NCBI GenBank assembly: GCA_963802415.1
Contig: CAWDIH010000001.1
Location: 225,397-289,396, forward strand
Origin: an uncultured Acidimicrobiia bacterium
GTDB lineage: Bacteria; Actinomycetota; Acidimicrobiia; Acidimicrobiales; JACDCH01
DNA: 64,000 nt
Direction: 5' to 3'
The notes beneath the pieces were generated by a model. The model worked only from the letters and a program-made list of their open reading frames with translations. It was not told the origin of the DNA and searched no databases. Position numbers and translations under genes: made by a program. Shown piece by piece: positions 1-9,975 of this stretch (its first letter is position 1; the number at the start of each line of letters is the position of its first letter).

Positions 1-750
1 CAGCTCCTGCGTCAGACCCGTTTCGAGCAGAGGGCGTTCTGGCGGAATCCCGAAGGCGCGTTCTTCACGGCAGCTCTTCCCGTCGGGCTGCTCCTCATCT
101 TCGGGGCAACCTCCGGTGGCGACAAGATCCCGGGCCGGCCCGAGCTGCCTTCACTGACGTTCTTCGTCCCCGGCATCCTCGCGTTCGGGATCATCGTCGC
201 CGCCTATGCCAACCTCGCCGCCACCGTGACCATCCTCCGCTCCGATGGCGTACTGAAGCGCATCCGCGCAACGCCACTGCAGCCGGGTGCCTACCTCGCC
301 GGTCACTTGACAAGTGTCCTCGCCACCTCACTCGCGATCGGCGCGGTCACGATCGCGCTCGGACAGATGGCGTTCGGCGTCGCGCCTCCGCACGCCTTCT
401 CCTTCGTGATGCTCGCAGTGATCCTGACGATTGGCATCGCGTGCTTCGCCGCGCTGGGGCTCGCCATCAGTACCTTCATCCCCGACGGCACCGCGGCGGG
501 CGCCATCACGAGCGGCACCTACATTCCCCTGGCCCTCGTGTCGGGAACATTCAGTACCGACCTGCAGCTACCCCACTGGCTCGACACCATCGTCACCCTG
601 CTGCCGGTCAAGGCACTCACCGACGGACTGCGGGCCGGCTACGACCCCGCGGTGCATACCTGGCCACTGGCCAACCTCGTCGTTCTCGCAGTGTGGACGC
701 TGGTCGGCATCGGGCTCGCGCACCGCTACTTCCGATGGGAGCGTCGATGA
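1..750 (+). CDS. ABC-2 type transporter permease (5'-truncated by window)
   Basis: Frame 1 is open from base 1 (QLLRQTRFEQRAFWRNPEGAFF...) into ORF 226..750. It has the 'LRSDGVLKRIRATPL' motif, several TM helices and a C-terminal 'YFRWE'. Confidence 0.88.
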   Translation, partial: QLLRQTRFEQRAFWRNPEGAFFTAALPVGLLLIFGATSGGDKIPGRPELPSLTFFVPGILAFGIIVAAYANLAATVTILRSDGVLKRIRATPLQPGAYLAGHLTSVLATSLAIGAVTIALGQMAFGVAPPHAFSFVMLAVILTIGIACFAALGLAISTFIPDGTAAGAITSGTYIPLALVSGTFSTDLQLPHWLDTIVTLLPVKALTDGLRAGYDPAVHTWPLANLVVLAVWTLVGIGLAHRYFRWERR

Positions 751-1362
751 TCACGTCTGTGTCGTACATCGATCGCCGGCGCGTATGGAGTCGACCAGCC
801 TGGCGATCAACCGCGTCCAATCATCGTGGTCGACCTCGGGGACGTCGAGTACCGCGGTGAGGAAAGAGCCGAGGCCGAGCATCGTTGCGAGCCGGCTGAC
901 GGTCGCGGGGCGGAACGCGTCGTCGAGCGTCCCGGCGCTCTGTGCCTCTTCGATCGAATCCGCGAGTCGTTGTTCTCCACCCTGCAGCCACGAGCTCACG
1001 AGATCGGCGACCTCCGGGTCGCGCTTCGCCGCGACGATTGCCTCGATCACCAGCGCGGCCTGTCCGGGCCGGCGACGATCGAAGGCCGACCCACCGATGG
1101 TCAGGAACTCGGTGACGTCGCCGCCGGCCTCGTCGCCGAGCATCCTGCGGTACTGGCGGTGGCCGTGCTCCTGGAGGACGGCAACGAAGAGCTCCGCTTT
1201 CGAGCCGTAGTGCGCGTAGACAGGGCCCGTGCTGAGCCCGGCCTCTGCGCAGATGTCACCGATGCTCGCACCGTCGTAGCCCTTGAGTGCAAAGACGCGT
1301 GCCGCCGCCGAAAGCAGCTCCGAGCGAGTCTGCTCCGCGGTCACTCCCGGTCTGCGGCCCAT
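751..1362 (-). CDS. TetR/AcrR family transcriptional regulator
   Basis: N-terminal HTH 'LLSAAARVFALKGYDGASIGDICAEAGLSTGPVYAHYGSKAELF'. Confidence 0.93.
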   Translation of the reverse strand: MGRRPGVTAEQTRSELLSAAARVFALKGYDGASIGDICAEAGLSTGPVYAHYGSKAELFVAVLQEHGHRQYRRMLGDEAGGDVTEFLTIGGSAFDRRRPGQAALVIEAIVAAKRDPEVADLVSSWLQGGEQRLADSIEEAQSAGTLDDAFRPATVSRLATMLGLGSFLTAVLDVPEVDHDDWTRLIARLVDSIRAGDRCTTQT

Positions 1363-1364
1363 TG

Positions 1365-2690
1365 TCAGTCCGCGCCGTGTGGTCTGGCGGCCGTGCCGGA
1401 CTTGGGGAGTTGGTTGAACGGAAGGCGCGAGAGGTCGCCCGGCTCTTTCGGGAGCCCCAAGACGCGTTCACCGATGATGTTGCGCTGGATCTGATCGGTG
1501 CCGCCGAAGATCGGCATTGCTTGCGCCCTCAACGCTTGCGCGGTGACGGCGTGAGCCGCCCGTCCACCGCGAAGGTCAACAAGGCTCGCGCGCTGGTCGT
1601 CCTCGTACGCGTGGAGCATCCCGCGGGCGCCGAGGATCCGCATGCCGAGGTCGCGGTTGAGCCGGAGGACGTGTGCCATAAGCAACTTCGAGAAGTTGGC
1701 GATGCCCGGGATGTCGCCGCCTGCCGCCCGCACGGCCTTGTGTCGTTCAGTGTTGAAGCGTCGGAGCTCGCCGAGGATGTGAGCCTGGGCCAGCTCCTGC
1801 CTGATCGTCGGATCGCGGTGCTGTCCAGTCTGTCGAGCGAGGTCGATGTAGAGCTCAGCTGGTGACGTCTGAGGTTTCGACTCCGCGTCGGCGCTCAGCG
1901 CTGTGCGCGTCCTGACGAAGTCGCCGGCTCGCCGGTGGAGGTCGCCGGCCACCGTCCCGGGCCGCACCATGAACCCGACGGCGGGCTGATTGCTACCGGC
2001 GCCCATGCCCGAGCGCTCGTAGAGCAGCGTGGTGTTGGCGACGCTCCAGCCATCATTCACCTCACCGATGCGGGCGCGGTCGGCGACAACCGCGTCCGTG
2101 AAGAAAACCTCACTGAACAACGTGGTGCCGGTCATCTCCCGCAACGGGCGGACCTCCACGCCCGGCTGGTGCATGTCGAGCACGAACCAGGTGATGCCCT
2201 GATGCTTCGGCGCCGATGGATTGGTGCGCGCGAGCAACATGCCCAGATCGGCAAGATGGCCGCCGGAGGTCCAGACCTTCTGACCGTTGACGACCCACAC
2301 GTCCCCGTCGCGCTCGGCGCGGGTCGACAAGCCCGCCAGGTCGGAGCCGGCGCCGGGTTCGCTGAACAGCTGGCACCACGCGAGGCGGCCGGTCACGATG
2401 TCGGCCACGTAGCGCTCGATCTGTTCACGGGTTCCGTGTGTCGCGATGGTGGGCGCCGCGAGTGCGAGCCCGAGACCGGCGGGCGGTCCGAGCGCACCGG
2501 ACTCGGCGATGATGCGACCTACGTGTAGCGCGTCGCCGCGGCTGAGGCCGCGCCCGTGACAATCGACAGGCAGCATCGGCGCCGCCCAGCCAGCCACACC
2601 GAGCCGTTCCCACCAGTCACCGACGCGCATGTCGGGGTCCCAGCTCGTTTCGAGCCAGCGGCGCAGTTCTTCGAGCGGGTCGGTGGTCAT
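1365..2690 (-). CDS. Acyl-CoA dehydrogenase family protein (FadE-like)
   Basis: Motifs 'WCQLFSEPGAGSDLA', 'NGQKVWTS' and 'IFGGTDQIQRNIIGERVLGLP'. Confidence 0.95.
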   Translation of the reverse strand: MTTDPLEELRRWLETSWDPDMRVGDWWERLGVAGWAAPMLPVDCHGRGLSRGDALHVGRIIAESGALGPPAGLGLALAAPTIATHGTREQIERYVADIVTGRLAWCQLFSEPGAGSDLAGLSTRAERDGDVWVVNGQKVWTSGGHLADLGMLLARTNPSAPKHQGITWFVLDMHQPGVEVRPLREMTGTTLFSEVFFTDAVVADRARIGEVNDGWSVANTTLLYERSGMGAGSNQPAVGFMVRPGTVAGDLHRRAGDFVRTRTALSADAESKPQTSPAELYIDLARQTGQHRDPTIRQELAQAHILGELRRFNTERHKAVRAAGGDIPGIANFSKLLMAHVLRLNRDLGMRILGARGMLHAYEDDQRASLVDLRGGRAAHAVTAQALRAQAMPIFGGTDQIQRNIIGERVLGLPKEPGDLSRLPFNQLPKSGTAARPHGAD

Positions 2691-2721
2691 GTGCCATCAC
2701 CTGAGGAGTAGGTGTGGGGCA

Positions 2722-3654
2722 TCAGTCGCTCCCCGCGTTGGTGCCGCCCTGCATATTGGCGTTCGGCTGTGCGTCTGTCACGAGCGCAGCGACGATCTCA
2801 CCGAGCTCTGCTGGGTCCCATCGCCGTTCGACGGACCGTGACGGTCCCGGGTGCCATCCCTCGGCGACGCCGATGCGCCCGCCTCGGACGTTGAACACGC
2901 GGCCGGTGATGCCCGCTGACTCGCGGCTGCCGAGCCAGACGACGAGCGGTGCGATGTTCTCAGGTGCGGAGGGATCGAAGCCCTCGACCGGGGTCGTCGG
3001 CGCGACACCGCGCGCAACACGCAAGGGGATCGTCATTCGAGTAGCCGCTCCCGGCGAGATCGCGTTCACGGTGACGCCGTAGCGCGCCAGCTCCATCGCA
3101 GCGATGATCGTGAACGACGCGATGCCGGCCTTGGCCGCGCCGTAGTTGGTTTGACCGACGTTTCCGTAGATGCCGGACGGCGAGGTCGTATTGATGATGC
3201 GAGCATCGACCTCCTCGCCGGCCTTGGCACGGTCGCGCCAGTACTTCGCCGCCACGTGCGACGGTCCGAATGTGCCGCGCAGATGTACACGGATGACGTC
3301 GTCCCATTCGGCGAAGGTCATGTTGACGAGCATCCGGTCGCGGAGGATGCCCGCGTTGTTCACGAGCACGTCGAGGCGGCCGAACTCCTCGACTGCGCTC
3401 GTGATGAGCCTCTGGGCACCCGCCTCGTCCGTGATGTCGTCACCGTTGACGATCGCCCGCCGGCCCATCGCGTTGATCTCAGTCGCAACCTCCTGCGCCG
3501 GTGCGATGGAGGCGCCGGAGCCGTCGACCTCGCCCCCCAGATCGTTCACGACGACAGCCGCGCCCTGCCGCGCGAACTCGAGCGCGTGCTCACGTCCGAT
3601 GCCTCGCCCGGCCCCGGTGATGACGACGACACGACCGTCGCACAGGCCACTCAC
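2722..3654 (-). CDS. SDR family oxidoreductase (hydroxysteroid/3-hydroxyacyl-CoA dehydrogenase-like)
   Basis: TGAGRGIG, NNAGILRD and YGAAK motifs. The GTG start at 3654 overlaps the upstream stop (GTGA). Confidence 0.92.
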   Translation of the reverse strand: MSGLCDGRVVVITGAGRGIGREHALEFARQGAAVVVNDLGGEVDGSGASIAPAQEVATEINAMGRRAIVNGDDITDEAGAQRLITSAVEEFGRLDVLVNNAGILRDRMLVNMTFAEWDDVIRVHLRGTFGPSHVAAKYWRDRAKAGEEVDARIINTTSPSGIYGNVGQTNYGAAKAGIASFTIIAAMELARYGVTVNAISPGAATRMTIPLRVARGVAPTTPVEGFDPSAPENIAPLVVWLGSRESAGITGRVFNVRGGRIGVAEGWHPGPSRSVERRWDPAELGEIVAALVTDAQPNANMQGGTNAGSD

Positions 3655-5186
3655 GTTCGACTCTCCCCTGTCGCGGTCCGCGGGGCGCGGTACGTCTCGC
3701 GCAGCCGTCGCTTGTAGATCTTGCCGTTGTCCTCCCGCGGCAACTCCGGCACGAATTCGAAGTCGCGCGGACACTTGTAATGCGCGAGGCGATCGCGGCA
3801 GTGCGCGAGCAGCTCGCCTGCGAGCACGTCGGAGGGCTCGAGCCCGCGTTGGAGCTCGACGACGGCGAGGACTGTTTCGCCCCATTCGTCATCGGGCACA
3901 CCGATCACCGCGACGTCCGCCACCGCTGGATGCTCGAGCAGCACGCTGTCGATCTCGGCCGGATAGATGTTCACCCCGCCGGAGATGACGAGGTTCGCGC
4001 TCCGGTCGGTGAGGTACAGGTAGTGCTGGTCATCGAGGTAGCCGACATCGCCGAGTGTGAAGTAGTCACCTCGGTACGTCGACGACGTCTTCGCCTCATC
4101 CTTGAAGTACTCGAATCGTGTCGCATCACGTGCCTTGATGTAGACGAGACCGATCTCACCCGCAGGCAGCGGATTGCCCTCCTCGTCTCCCACGATCACC
4201 TGGTCGGGAAGGAACGGCTGGCCGACCGTTCCCGGGTGTTCCAGCCACGTCGCCGAATCGACGAAACTGCCGAGCCCTTCGGTGGCTGCGTAGTACTCCC
4301 ACACGATCGGGCCCAACCATTCGATGATCCGTCGCTTCACGGGCACGGGACACGGCGCGGCGCCGTGTAGCACGTACCGCAAGCTCGACAGGTCGAACTT
4401 GCTGCGCACGTCTCGTGGCAACGACAGCAGACGATGGAACATGGTCGGGACCATGTGCGTGTGCGTGACGCCGTACGCGTCGACCAGTCGCAAGCTCTCC
4501 TCCGCGTCCCACCGGTTCATGAGCACGACCGTTGCACCAAAGGTCTGCGGGATCCGCAACGAGAAGGCCAGCGGCGCAGCGTGGTACAGCGGGCCCGTGC
4601 ACAGGTGAACGTCGCCACCGGGCTCGGCGTAGCCGCCGATGTCGGCGAGCGGCGACGCGGCCGCGGTTGGCGGTCGCCGTACACCCTTCGGACGTCCCGT
4701 CGTGCCCGATGTGTAGATCATGGTCGACCCAAGCGTCGGATCGGGCAGCGGCTCGCCCGACTCGGAGTCCATCGCATCTTCGATCCGTTCGAAGCCTTCG
4801 ACGTCACCGCCGGCGACGAGGGCGATCCTGCAGTCACTCGCTCGCGCCATGCACGAGCTCGCGACACCGGCAGCGTCGATCGTCGTGACAAGTGCCTTCG
4901 CCTCGCAGTCCGAGACGATGTAGCTCGCCTCGTCGCCGGTGAGGTGCCAGTTGACCGGGGTCAGACGGAATCCGGCCCGCAAGCACGCGTAGTACGTCTC
5001 GACGAACGCGGGGTGGTTCCCCGCGATGAGGGCGACCGCGTCGCCGACGACCAGTCCCCGGCGACGCAAGGCTCGAGCCAGCCGGCTCGCGTTCGCATCG
5101 ACCTCGGCGAACGTTCGCGTTCCGCCGGACCAGACGAGCGCCGCCGCATCCGGCGTCACTGACGCCCAGTGGCCGAGTTCAGGCAT
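3651..5186 (-). CDS. Acyl-CoA synthetase (AMP-binding, FadD-like)
   Basis: P-loop 'YTSGTTGRPKG', 'YYAATEG', 'ISGGVNIYPAEI' and C-terminal 'GKIYKR'. Confidence 0.95.
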   Translation of the reverse strand: MPELGHWASVTPDAAALVWSGGTRTFAEVDANASRLARALRRRGLVVGDAVALIAGNHPAFVETYYACLRAGFRLTPVNWHLTGDEASYIVSDCEAKALVTTIDAAGVASSCMARASDCRIALVAGGDVEGFERIEDAMDSESGEPLPDPTLGSTMIYTSGTTGRPKGVRRPPTAAASPLADIGGYAEPGGDVHLCTGPLYHAAPLAFSLRIPQTFGATVVLMNRWDAEESLRLVDAYGVTHTHMVPTMFHRLLSLPRDVRSKFDLSSLRYVLHGAAPCPVPVKRRIIEWLGPIVWEYYAATEGLGSFVDSATWLEHPGTVGQPFLPDQVIVGDEEGNPLPAGEIGLVYIKARDATRFEYFKDEAKTSSTYRGDYFTLGDVGYLDDQHYLYLTDRSANLVISGGVNIYPAEIDSVLLEHPAVADVAVIGVPDDEWGETVLAVVELQRGLEPSDVLAGELLAHCRDRLAHYKCPRDFEFVPELPREDNGKIYKRRLRETYRAPRTATGESRT

Positions 5187-5613
5187 CTGACCCCCCGAGT
5201 GGCGAGAACAGCGGCAGGTGGCGACCGTCCGGCAGCGGTTCCCACGTGACGCTCACCGGCATTCCCACCGTCACTTCCGAGGGATCACAGTCGACGACGT
5301 TGCTGAGCATGCGCCACCCGTCGTCGATGTCGATCAGCGCGATCGCGTATGGAGCGCGGCTCGCCATCCGGGGATCCTGGGGGCGGTGCTCGACTGTCAC
5401 CGCGTAGACGCGTCCCGTTCCGACCGAAGTGCGCCACTCGAGCTCGGTGCCGAGGCAGCTAGGGCAAACCGCCCGTGGGTAGAAGACGGGGCGATCGCAC
5501 GTGAGGCACCACTGCACCAACAGCCGTTGCGCACGGGTCGCGTCCCAGAACGGGGTCGACACCGAGGACATTGTCGGCTCGGAACGAGCGGTCTCACCGA
5601 CGACGCCGCTCAC
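5179..5613 (-). CDS. Zn-ribbon/OB-fold protein (DUF35, ChsH2-like)
   Basis: CxxC...CPSC zinc ribbon and 'PFWDAT', followed by an OB-fold. Coupled to the thiolase by a GTGA overlap. Confidence 0.9.
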   Translation of the reverse strand: MSGVVGETARSEPTMSSVSTPFWDATRAQRLLVQWCLTCDRPVFYPRAVCPSCLGTELEWRTSVGTGRVYAVTVEHRPQDPRMASRAPYAIALIDIDDGWRMLSNVVDCDPSEVTVGMPVSVTWEPLPDGRHLPLFSPLGGSDA

Positions 5614-6785
5614 AGGGTCACCTCCGTACCGAGGACGACCGTCGACATGCACGACAGCACCATCCCGGCGCCGTGCGCGACCGCGACCTCGGCGTCGGGC
5701 ACCTGCCGTTCGCCGCACTCGCCTCGCAGTTGGCGCACTGCTTCGACGATGAGGAACATCCCGTACATGCCGGGATGGGTGTACGACAAGCCGCCGCCGT
5801 TCGTGTTCATCGGCAACGTCCCGCCTGGGCCGAGCTTGCCGTCGGCGACGAACGGACCGCCTTCACCTTTCGGGCAGAACCCGAGATCCTCGAGGTGCAG
5901 CAACGCGGTGATGGTGAAGCTGTCATAGCTCATCAGGACGTCGACATCGTCTGGCTTGATCCGCGCCATCGCGAACGCAGCCGGACCACTCACCGCGCCG
6001 GGCGTCGTCGTGAGGTCAGGCATCTGCGAGATCATCAGGTGGTCGTGGCAGGTGGCCGCGCCCAGCACGTACACCGCCGGCTTGGCGAGCGAGGCTGCGC
6101 GCTGCGCGCTGGCGAGTACGAACGCTCCGGCGCCGTCGGTGACAAGACAGCAGTCGAGCCGGTGCAGCGGGCTCGACTCCATGGGCGACGCGAGGACGTC
6201 CTCGATGGTGATCAGGTCCTGATACCGCGCTCTCGGGTTTCGGGACGCCCACTCGCGGGTGCTCACCGCGATCTGCGCGAGCTGTTCGGACGTCGTACCG
6301 AACTCGGCCATGTGCCGCGAGGCAGCAAGCGCGTAAGGGCCCATCGGCATCCGGATCCCGTAGGGCATCTCCCACTCCGTCCTCGGGTCCACGCCATCCG
6401 CACCCTGTCGTCGTGGCCGGCGGATGCCGCGGCGGCGATCGCCGCGCGGTGTCGCTGCGTAGACGCCGACGACCACGTCGCAGACACCTGCGGCGATCGC
6501 CGCCGCGGCGTGCTCGACATGAACCTCGAAGCTCGATCCTCCTGTGCTGGTCGAATCCGTGAACTTGGGAGCGATACCCAGGTACTCGGCGAAGCCCACC
6601 GACGACACGTGATGACAGACGCCGTCCACGTCCCGCAGTTCGAGTCCGGCGTCTTCGAGCGCCGCACGCACCATGGCCGCCTCGAGCTCGCGGCCGCGCC
6701 GGTCGAGCTCGCCTGTCGGCGACACTTCGTCGGCCACGCCAACGAGCGCAGCAGCGCCCCGAAGTGTGCGGTCAGCGCGTGGGAT
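5610..6785 (-). CDS. Thiolase-like / SCP-x lipid-transfer protein (Ltp-type)
   Basis: Motifs 'DCCLVTDGAGA', 'YDSFT', 'NTNGGGLSYTHPG' and 'EAVRQLRG'. The start is uncertain: SD AAGGAG precedes an in-frame ATC at 6785. Confidence 0.88.
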   Translation of the reverse strand: MPRADRTLRGAAALVGVADEVSPTGELDRRGRELEAAMVRAALEDAGLELRDVDGVCHHVSSVGFAEYLGIAPKFTDSTSTGGSSFEVHVEHAAAAIAAGVCDVVVGVYAATPRGDRRRGIRRPRRQGADGVDPRTEWEMPYGIRMPMGPYALAASRHMAEFGTTSEQLAQIAVSTREWASRNPRARYQDLITIEDVLASPMESSPLHRLDCCLVTDGAGAFVLASAQRAASLAKPAVYVLGAATCHDHLMISQMPDLTTTPGAVSGPAAFAMARIKPDDVDVLMSYDSFTITALLHLEDLGFCPKGEGGPFVADGKLGPGGTLPMNTNGGGLSYTHPGMYGMFLIVEAVRQLRGECGERQVPDAEVAVAHGAGMVLSCMSTVVLGTEVTL

Positions 6786-6912
6786 CCCGGTCTCCTTCGA
6801 AATTGCGTGCGAGGTGGCCCCTGGAGGGGCCCATTCGAACGCCGAAACAGTGAGGCGGGAAAGTAACAACCGTTCGTTTCCTTGTCCAGGGCGCTGGGGC
6901 GAAGATGTCGGT

Positions 6913-8313
6913 GTGGCCGACCAGTCGAGTTCGTTCATTGATCTGTTGATCGCTCGGGTGGGAGCCGGCACCGTCCGAACCGATGCAGCCGTCGTCGACG
7001 ACGAGTCGCACGACGAGGCGCTCGGTGCGACGGCCGTGACGCCCCGTGCCGTTGTCGTGCCCGAGCGCACCGAGCAGGTGGTCGACGTACTGCGCACGTG
7101 CACGGAGTACGGCGTGCCGGTCACTGCACGCGGCACTGGCTCCGGGCTCTCGGGCGCGTGCATCCCACCGGACGGTGGTGTCGTCGTGTCGTTCCAACGG
7201 ATGAACTCGATCCTCGAGATCGATGAGGAGACACATCTGGCCGTCGTGCAGCCCGGCGTGCAGTTGGACCAACTCGATGCCGCGCTCGCGCGGATCGGCC
7301 TCGCGTACCCCGTCTATCCCGGCGAGTACAGCGCGACGATCGGCGGCAACGTCGCCACGAACGCCGGCGGCATGCAAGCGGTGAAGCACGGTGTCACGCG
7401 GCATCACGTGCTCGGGTTGGAGCTGGTGCTGGCGACCGGTGAGGTCATCCGTACGGGCGGCCGCGTGGTCAAAGCGTCATCCGGCTACGACCTGACCCAG
7501 CTCGTCATCGGATCGGAAGGGACGCTCGCGCTCGTGACCGAAGCGACGCTCAAGCTCGTTCCCCGGCCCGCGTTCCGCGCGACGGTGCTCGCGCCCTTCC
7601 CCACGCTCGATGAGGTCGCGTCGGCGGTGCCCCAGGTCATCGCCAGCGGTCTCGCACCATCGATCCTCGAATACATCGACATGCTGACGATGGCAGCGAT
7701 CCAGCGCGAGTACAGCGTCGAACTCGGCGTTCCCTCGGATGTCCAAGCGACTGCGCTCGCCTACCTCGTCGTTCGTATGGAGAGCGACCACGACGACCGT
7801 CTCGACGCCGACGTCCAAGCAATCGCTGAGCTCCTCGTCAAGCTCGGTGCGGTCGACGTGTATGTCCTGCCGCCGCACGCGGCGGCGCAACTGGTCGAGG
7901 CACGCGAGAAGGCGTTCTGGATCGCCAAGGCCAACGGTGCCGACGACATAGTCGACATCGCCGTGCCTCGGCGGACGATCCCCGAGTTCATGGCCAAGGC
8001 TCGCGAGATCGGTGACGCGAACGGCGCGCTGATCGCGGGATGCGGCCACGCCGGAGATGGCAACGTCCACCTCGCCGTGTTCCAACGTGATCCGGTGGCG
8101 CGCAAGCGACTGATGCTCGAGTTGTTTGCTGCCGGCATCGACCTGGGCGGCGTCATCTCGGGTGAACACGGCATCGGGACGACCAAGAAGCCGTACTTCC
8201 TCGAGCTCGAGGATCCGACGAAGGTGGCGCTCATGCAGCGGATCAAACGCGCCTTCGATCCGAGGGGCATCCTCAATCCCGGGAAGATCTTCGACTTGGA
8301 GGGCGAATCGTGA
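6913..8313 (+). CDS. FAD-linked oxidase (GlcD/D-2-hydroxyacid dehydrogenase family)
   Basis: Motifs 'RGTGSGLSGA', 'TIGGNVATNAGG', 'GSEGTL', 'GHAGDGNVH', 'SGEHGIG' and 'NPGKI'. Confidence 0.93.
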   Translation: MADQSSSFIDLLIARVGAGTVRTDAAVVDDESHDEALGATAVTPRAVVVPERTEQVVDVLRTCTEYGVPVTARGTGSGLSGACIPPDGGVVVSFQRMNSILEIDEETHLAVVQPGVQLDQLDAALARIGLAYPVYPGEYSATIGGNVATNAGGMQAVKHGVTRHHVLGLELVLATGEVIRTGGRVVKASSGYDLTQLVIGSEGTLALVTEATLKLVPRPAFRATVLAPFPTLDEVASAVPQVIASGLAPSILEYIDMLTMAAIQREYSVELGVPSDVQATALAYLVVRMESDHDDRLDADVQAIAELLVKLGAVDVYVLPPHAAAQLVEAREKAFWIAKANGADDIVDIAVPRRTIPEFMAKAREIGDANGALIAGCGHAGDGNVHLAVFQRDPVARKRLMLELFAAGIDLGGVISGEHGIGTTKKPYFLELEDPTKVALMQRIKRAFDPRGILNPGKIFDLEGES

Positions 8314-9857
8314 ACGGCGCCGAAGCATTCATCCGCACACTCGTCGCGAGCAGCGTCGACACCTGCTTCATGAATCCCGGCACGTCGGAGATGCACTTCG
8401 TCGCGGCCCTCGACGCCGTCCCGGAGATGCGCGGTGTGCTCGGCTTGTTCGAAGGGGTCGCGACCGGCGCGGCCGACGGCTACGCCCGGATCAAGGGTCA
8501 TCCGGCCGCGGTGCTGCTCCACCTCGGTCCGGGTCTCGGCAACGGGCTGGCCAACCTGCACAACGCGCGCAAGGGCAAGGTTCCGATCGTCAACATCGTC
8601 GGCGATCACGCCACGTACCACAAGAGGTACGACGCTCAACTCGAGTCCGACATCGAGACCGTCGCGCGGAACGTGTCGTCGTGGATTCGGACGTGCAACT
8701 CGACAGAACAAGTCGGGGCCGATGCCGCGGCGGCGGTGGCCGCCGCGCTCGGACCTCCCGGTCAAGTGGCCACCGTCATCCTTCCCGCCGACACGTCGTG
8801 GAGCGACGGCGCCGAGCCCGCTGAACGCGCGGCGACGCCGGCGCGCCGCACGGTCGATCCTGCCACCGTGGAGCTCGTCGCGAAGGTGGTGCGCTCAGGC
8901 GAACCGGTTGCCCTGTTCCTCGGCGGGTCGGCGCTCAGCGAACGAGCACTTCTCGCCGCGCAACGAGTCGCGGCCGCCACGGGCGCACAGCTCCTGGCCG
9001 AGACCTTTCCAACTCGAATCGAGCGCGGAGGCGGCCTTCCGGAGCCCACACGGTTGGCGTACCTGGCCGAGTTCGCGACGATGCAGCTCGATCCGTTCCG
9101 TCATCTTGTCGTCGTCGACAGCAAGCCGCCGGTGTCCTTCTTCGCGTATCCGGGGAAAGCCAGCTACCTCGTGCCCGACGGATGCGACGTGTCCACGCTC
9201 GCGACGGACGACGAAGACGCGGAAGCCGCGCTCGAAGCTTTGGCCGACGTGGTCGAGGCGCCCGAGGTGTCACGGGTGGCCGGATCACGACCGGAACGAC
9301 CTACCGGTGCATTGACCGTCGATGCAGTCGCCGCAGCCATCGGTGCACTGCTGCCCGAGGGCGCGATCGTGTCCGACGAGGCGCAGACATCCGGGTTGTC
9401 CAATCCCGGCGCGACCGTCAACGCGCCGCGGCACACGTGGATGTGCCTCACCGGCGGCGCGATCGGACAGGGGCTCCCCGTCGCGACCGGCGCGGCAGTC
9501 GCGGCACCTGGCCGTCGCGTGCTCGCCCTAGAAGCTGATGGGAGCGCGCTCTACACGATCCAGTCTCTGTGGACCCAAGCGCGGGAGGGTCTCGATGTCA
9601 CGACCGTGCTCTACAACAACCGGTCGTACTCGGTTCTCAACATGGAGTTGAGCCGTGTCGGCGCCGAACCAGGTCCGAAAGCGAAGAAGATGCTCGACCT
9701 CCACCACCCGGACATCGACTTCGTCTCGATCGCCAACGGTCTCGGCGTGCCCGCCAGTCGAGCGGAGACCGCCGACGAGTTCACGGCGCAACTCGAACGA
9801 TCGCTGTCCGAGCCCGGTCCCATCCTCATCGAGGCCATCGTTCCGCCCATTCTGTGA
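8310..9857 (+). CDS. TPP-dependent acetolactate synthase large subunit-like enzyme
   Basis: Motifs 'NPGTSEMH' and 'LFEGVATGAADGY', plus the TPP motif 'ADGS...YNN'. Confidence 0.92.
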   Translation: MNGAEAFIRTLVASSVDTCFMNPGTSEMHFVAALDAVPEMRGVLGLFEGVATGAADGYARIKGHPAAVLLHLGPGLGNGLANLHNARKGKVPIVNIVGDHATYHKRYDAQLESDIETVARNVSSWIRTCNSTEQVGADAAAAVAAALGPPGQVATVILPADTSWSDGAEPAERAATPARRTVDPATVELVAKVVRSGEPVALFLGGSALSERALLAAQRVAAATGAQLLAETFPTRIERGGGLPEPTRLAYLAEFATMQLDPFRHLVVVDSKPPVSFFAYPGKASYLVPDGCDVSTLATDDEDAEAALEALADVVEAPEVSRVAGSRPERPTGALTVDAVAAAIGALLPEGAIVSDEAQTSGLSNPGATVNAPRHTWMCLTGGAIGQGLPVATGAAVAAPGRRVLALEADGSALYTIQSLWTQAREGLDVTTVLYNNRSYSVLNMELSRVGAEPGPKAKKMLDLHHPDIDFVSIANGLGVPASRAETADEFTAQLERSLSEPGPILIEAIVPPIL

Positions 9858-9860
9858 GGC

Positions 9861-9905
9861 GGTGTGTGTGCGAACCGACGCCACAGGGCGGTTGGCGCAC
9901 ACACC
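9861..9905. repeat. 45-bp imperfect palindrome, copy 1 (REP-like or operator)
   Basis: GGTGTGTGTGCG...CGCACACACC; about 35/45 identical to 15354..15398. Confidence 0.6.
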
Positions 9906-9975
9906 TCGTGAGGATGTGAATAAAGTTTCTTCGCGACGGAGGACCAATCGGCCTCCGTCGCGACAAGGGGGGTCG

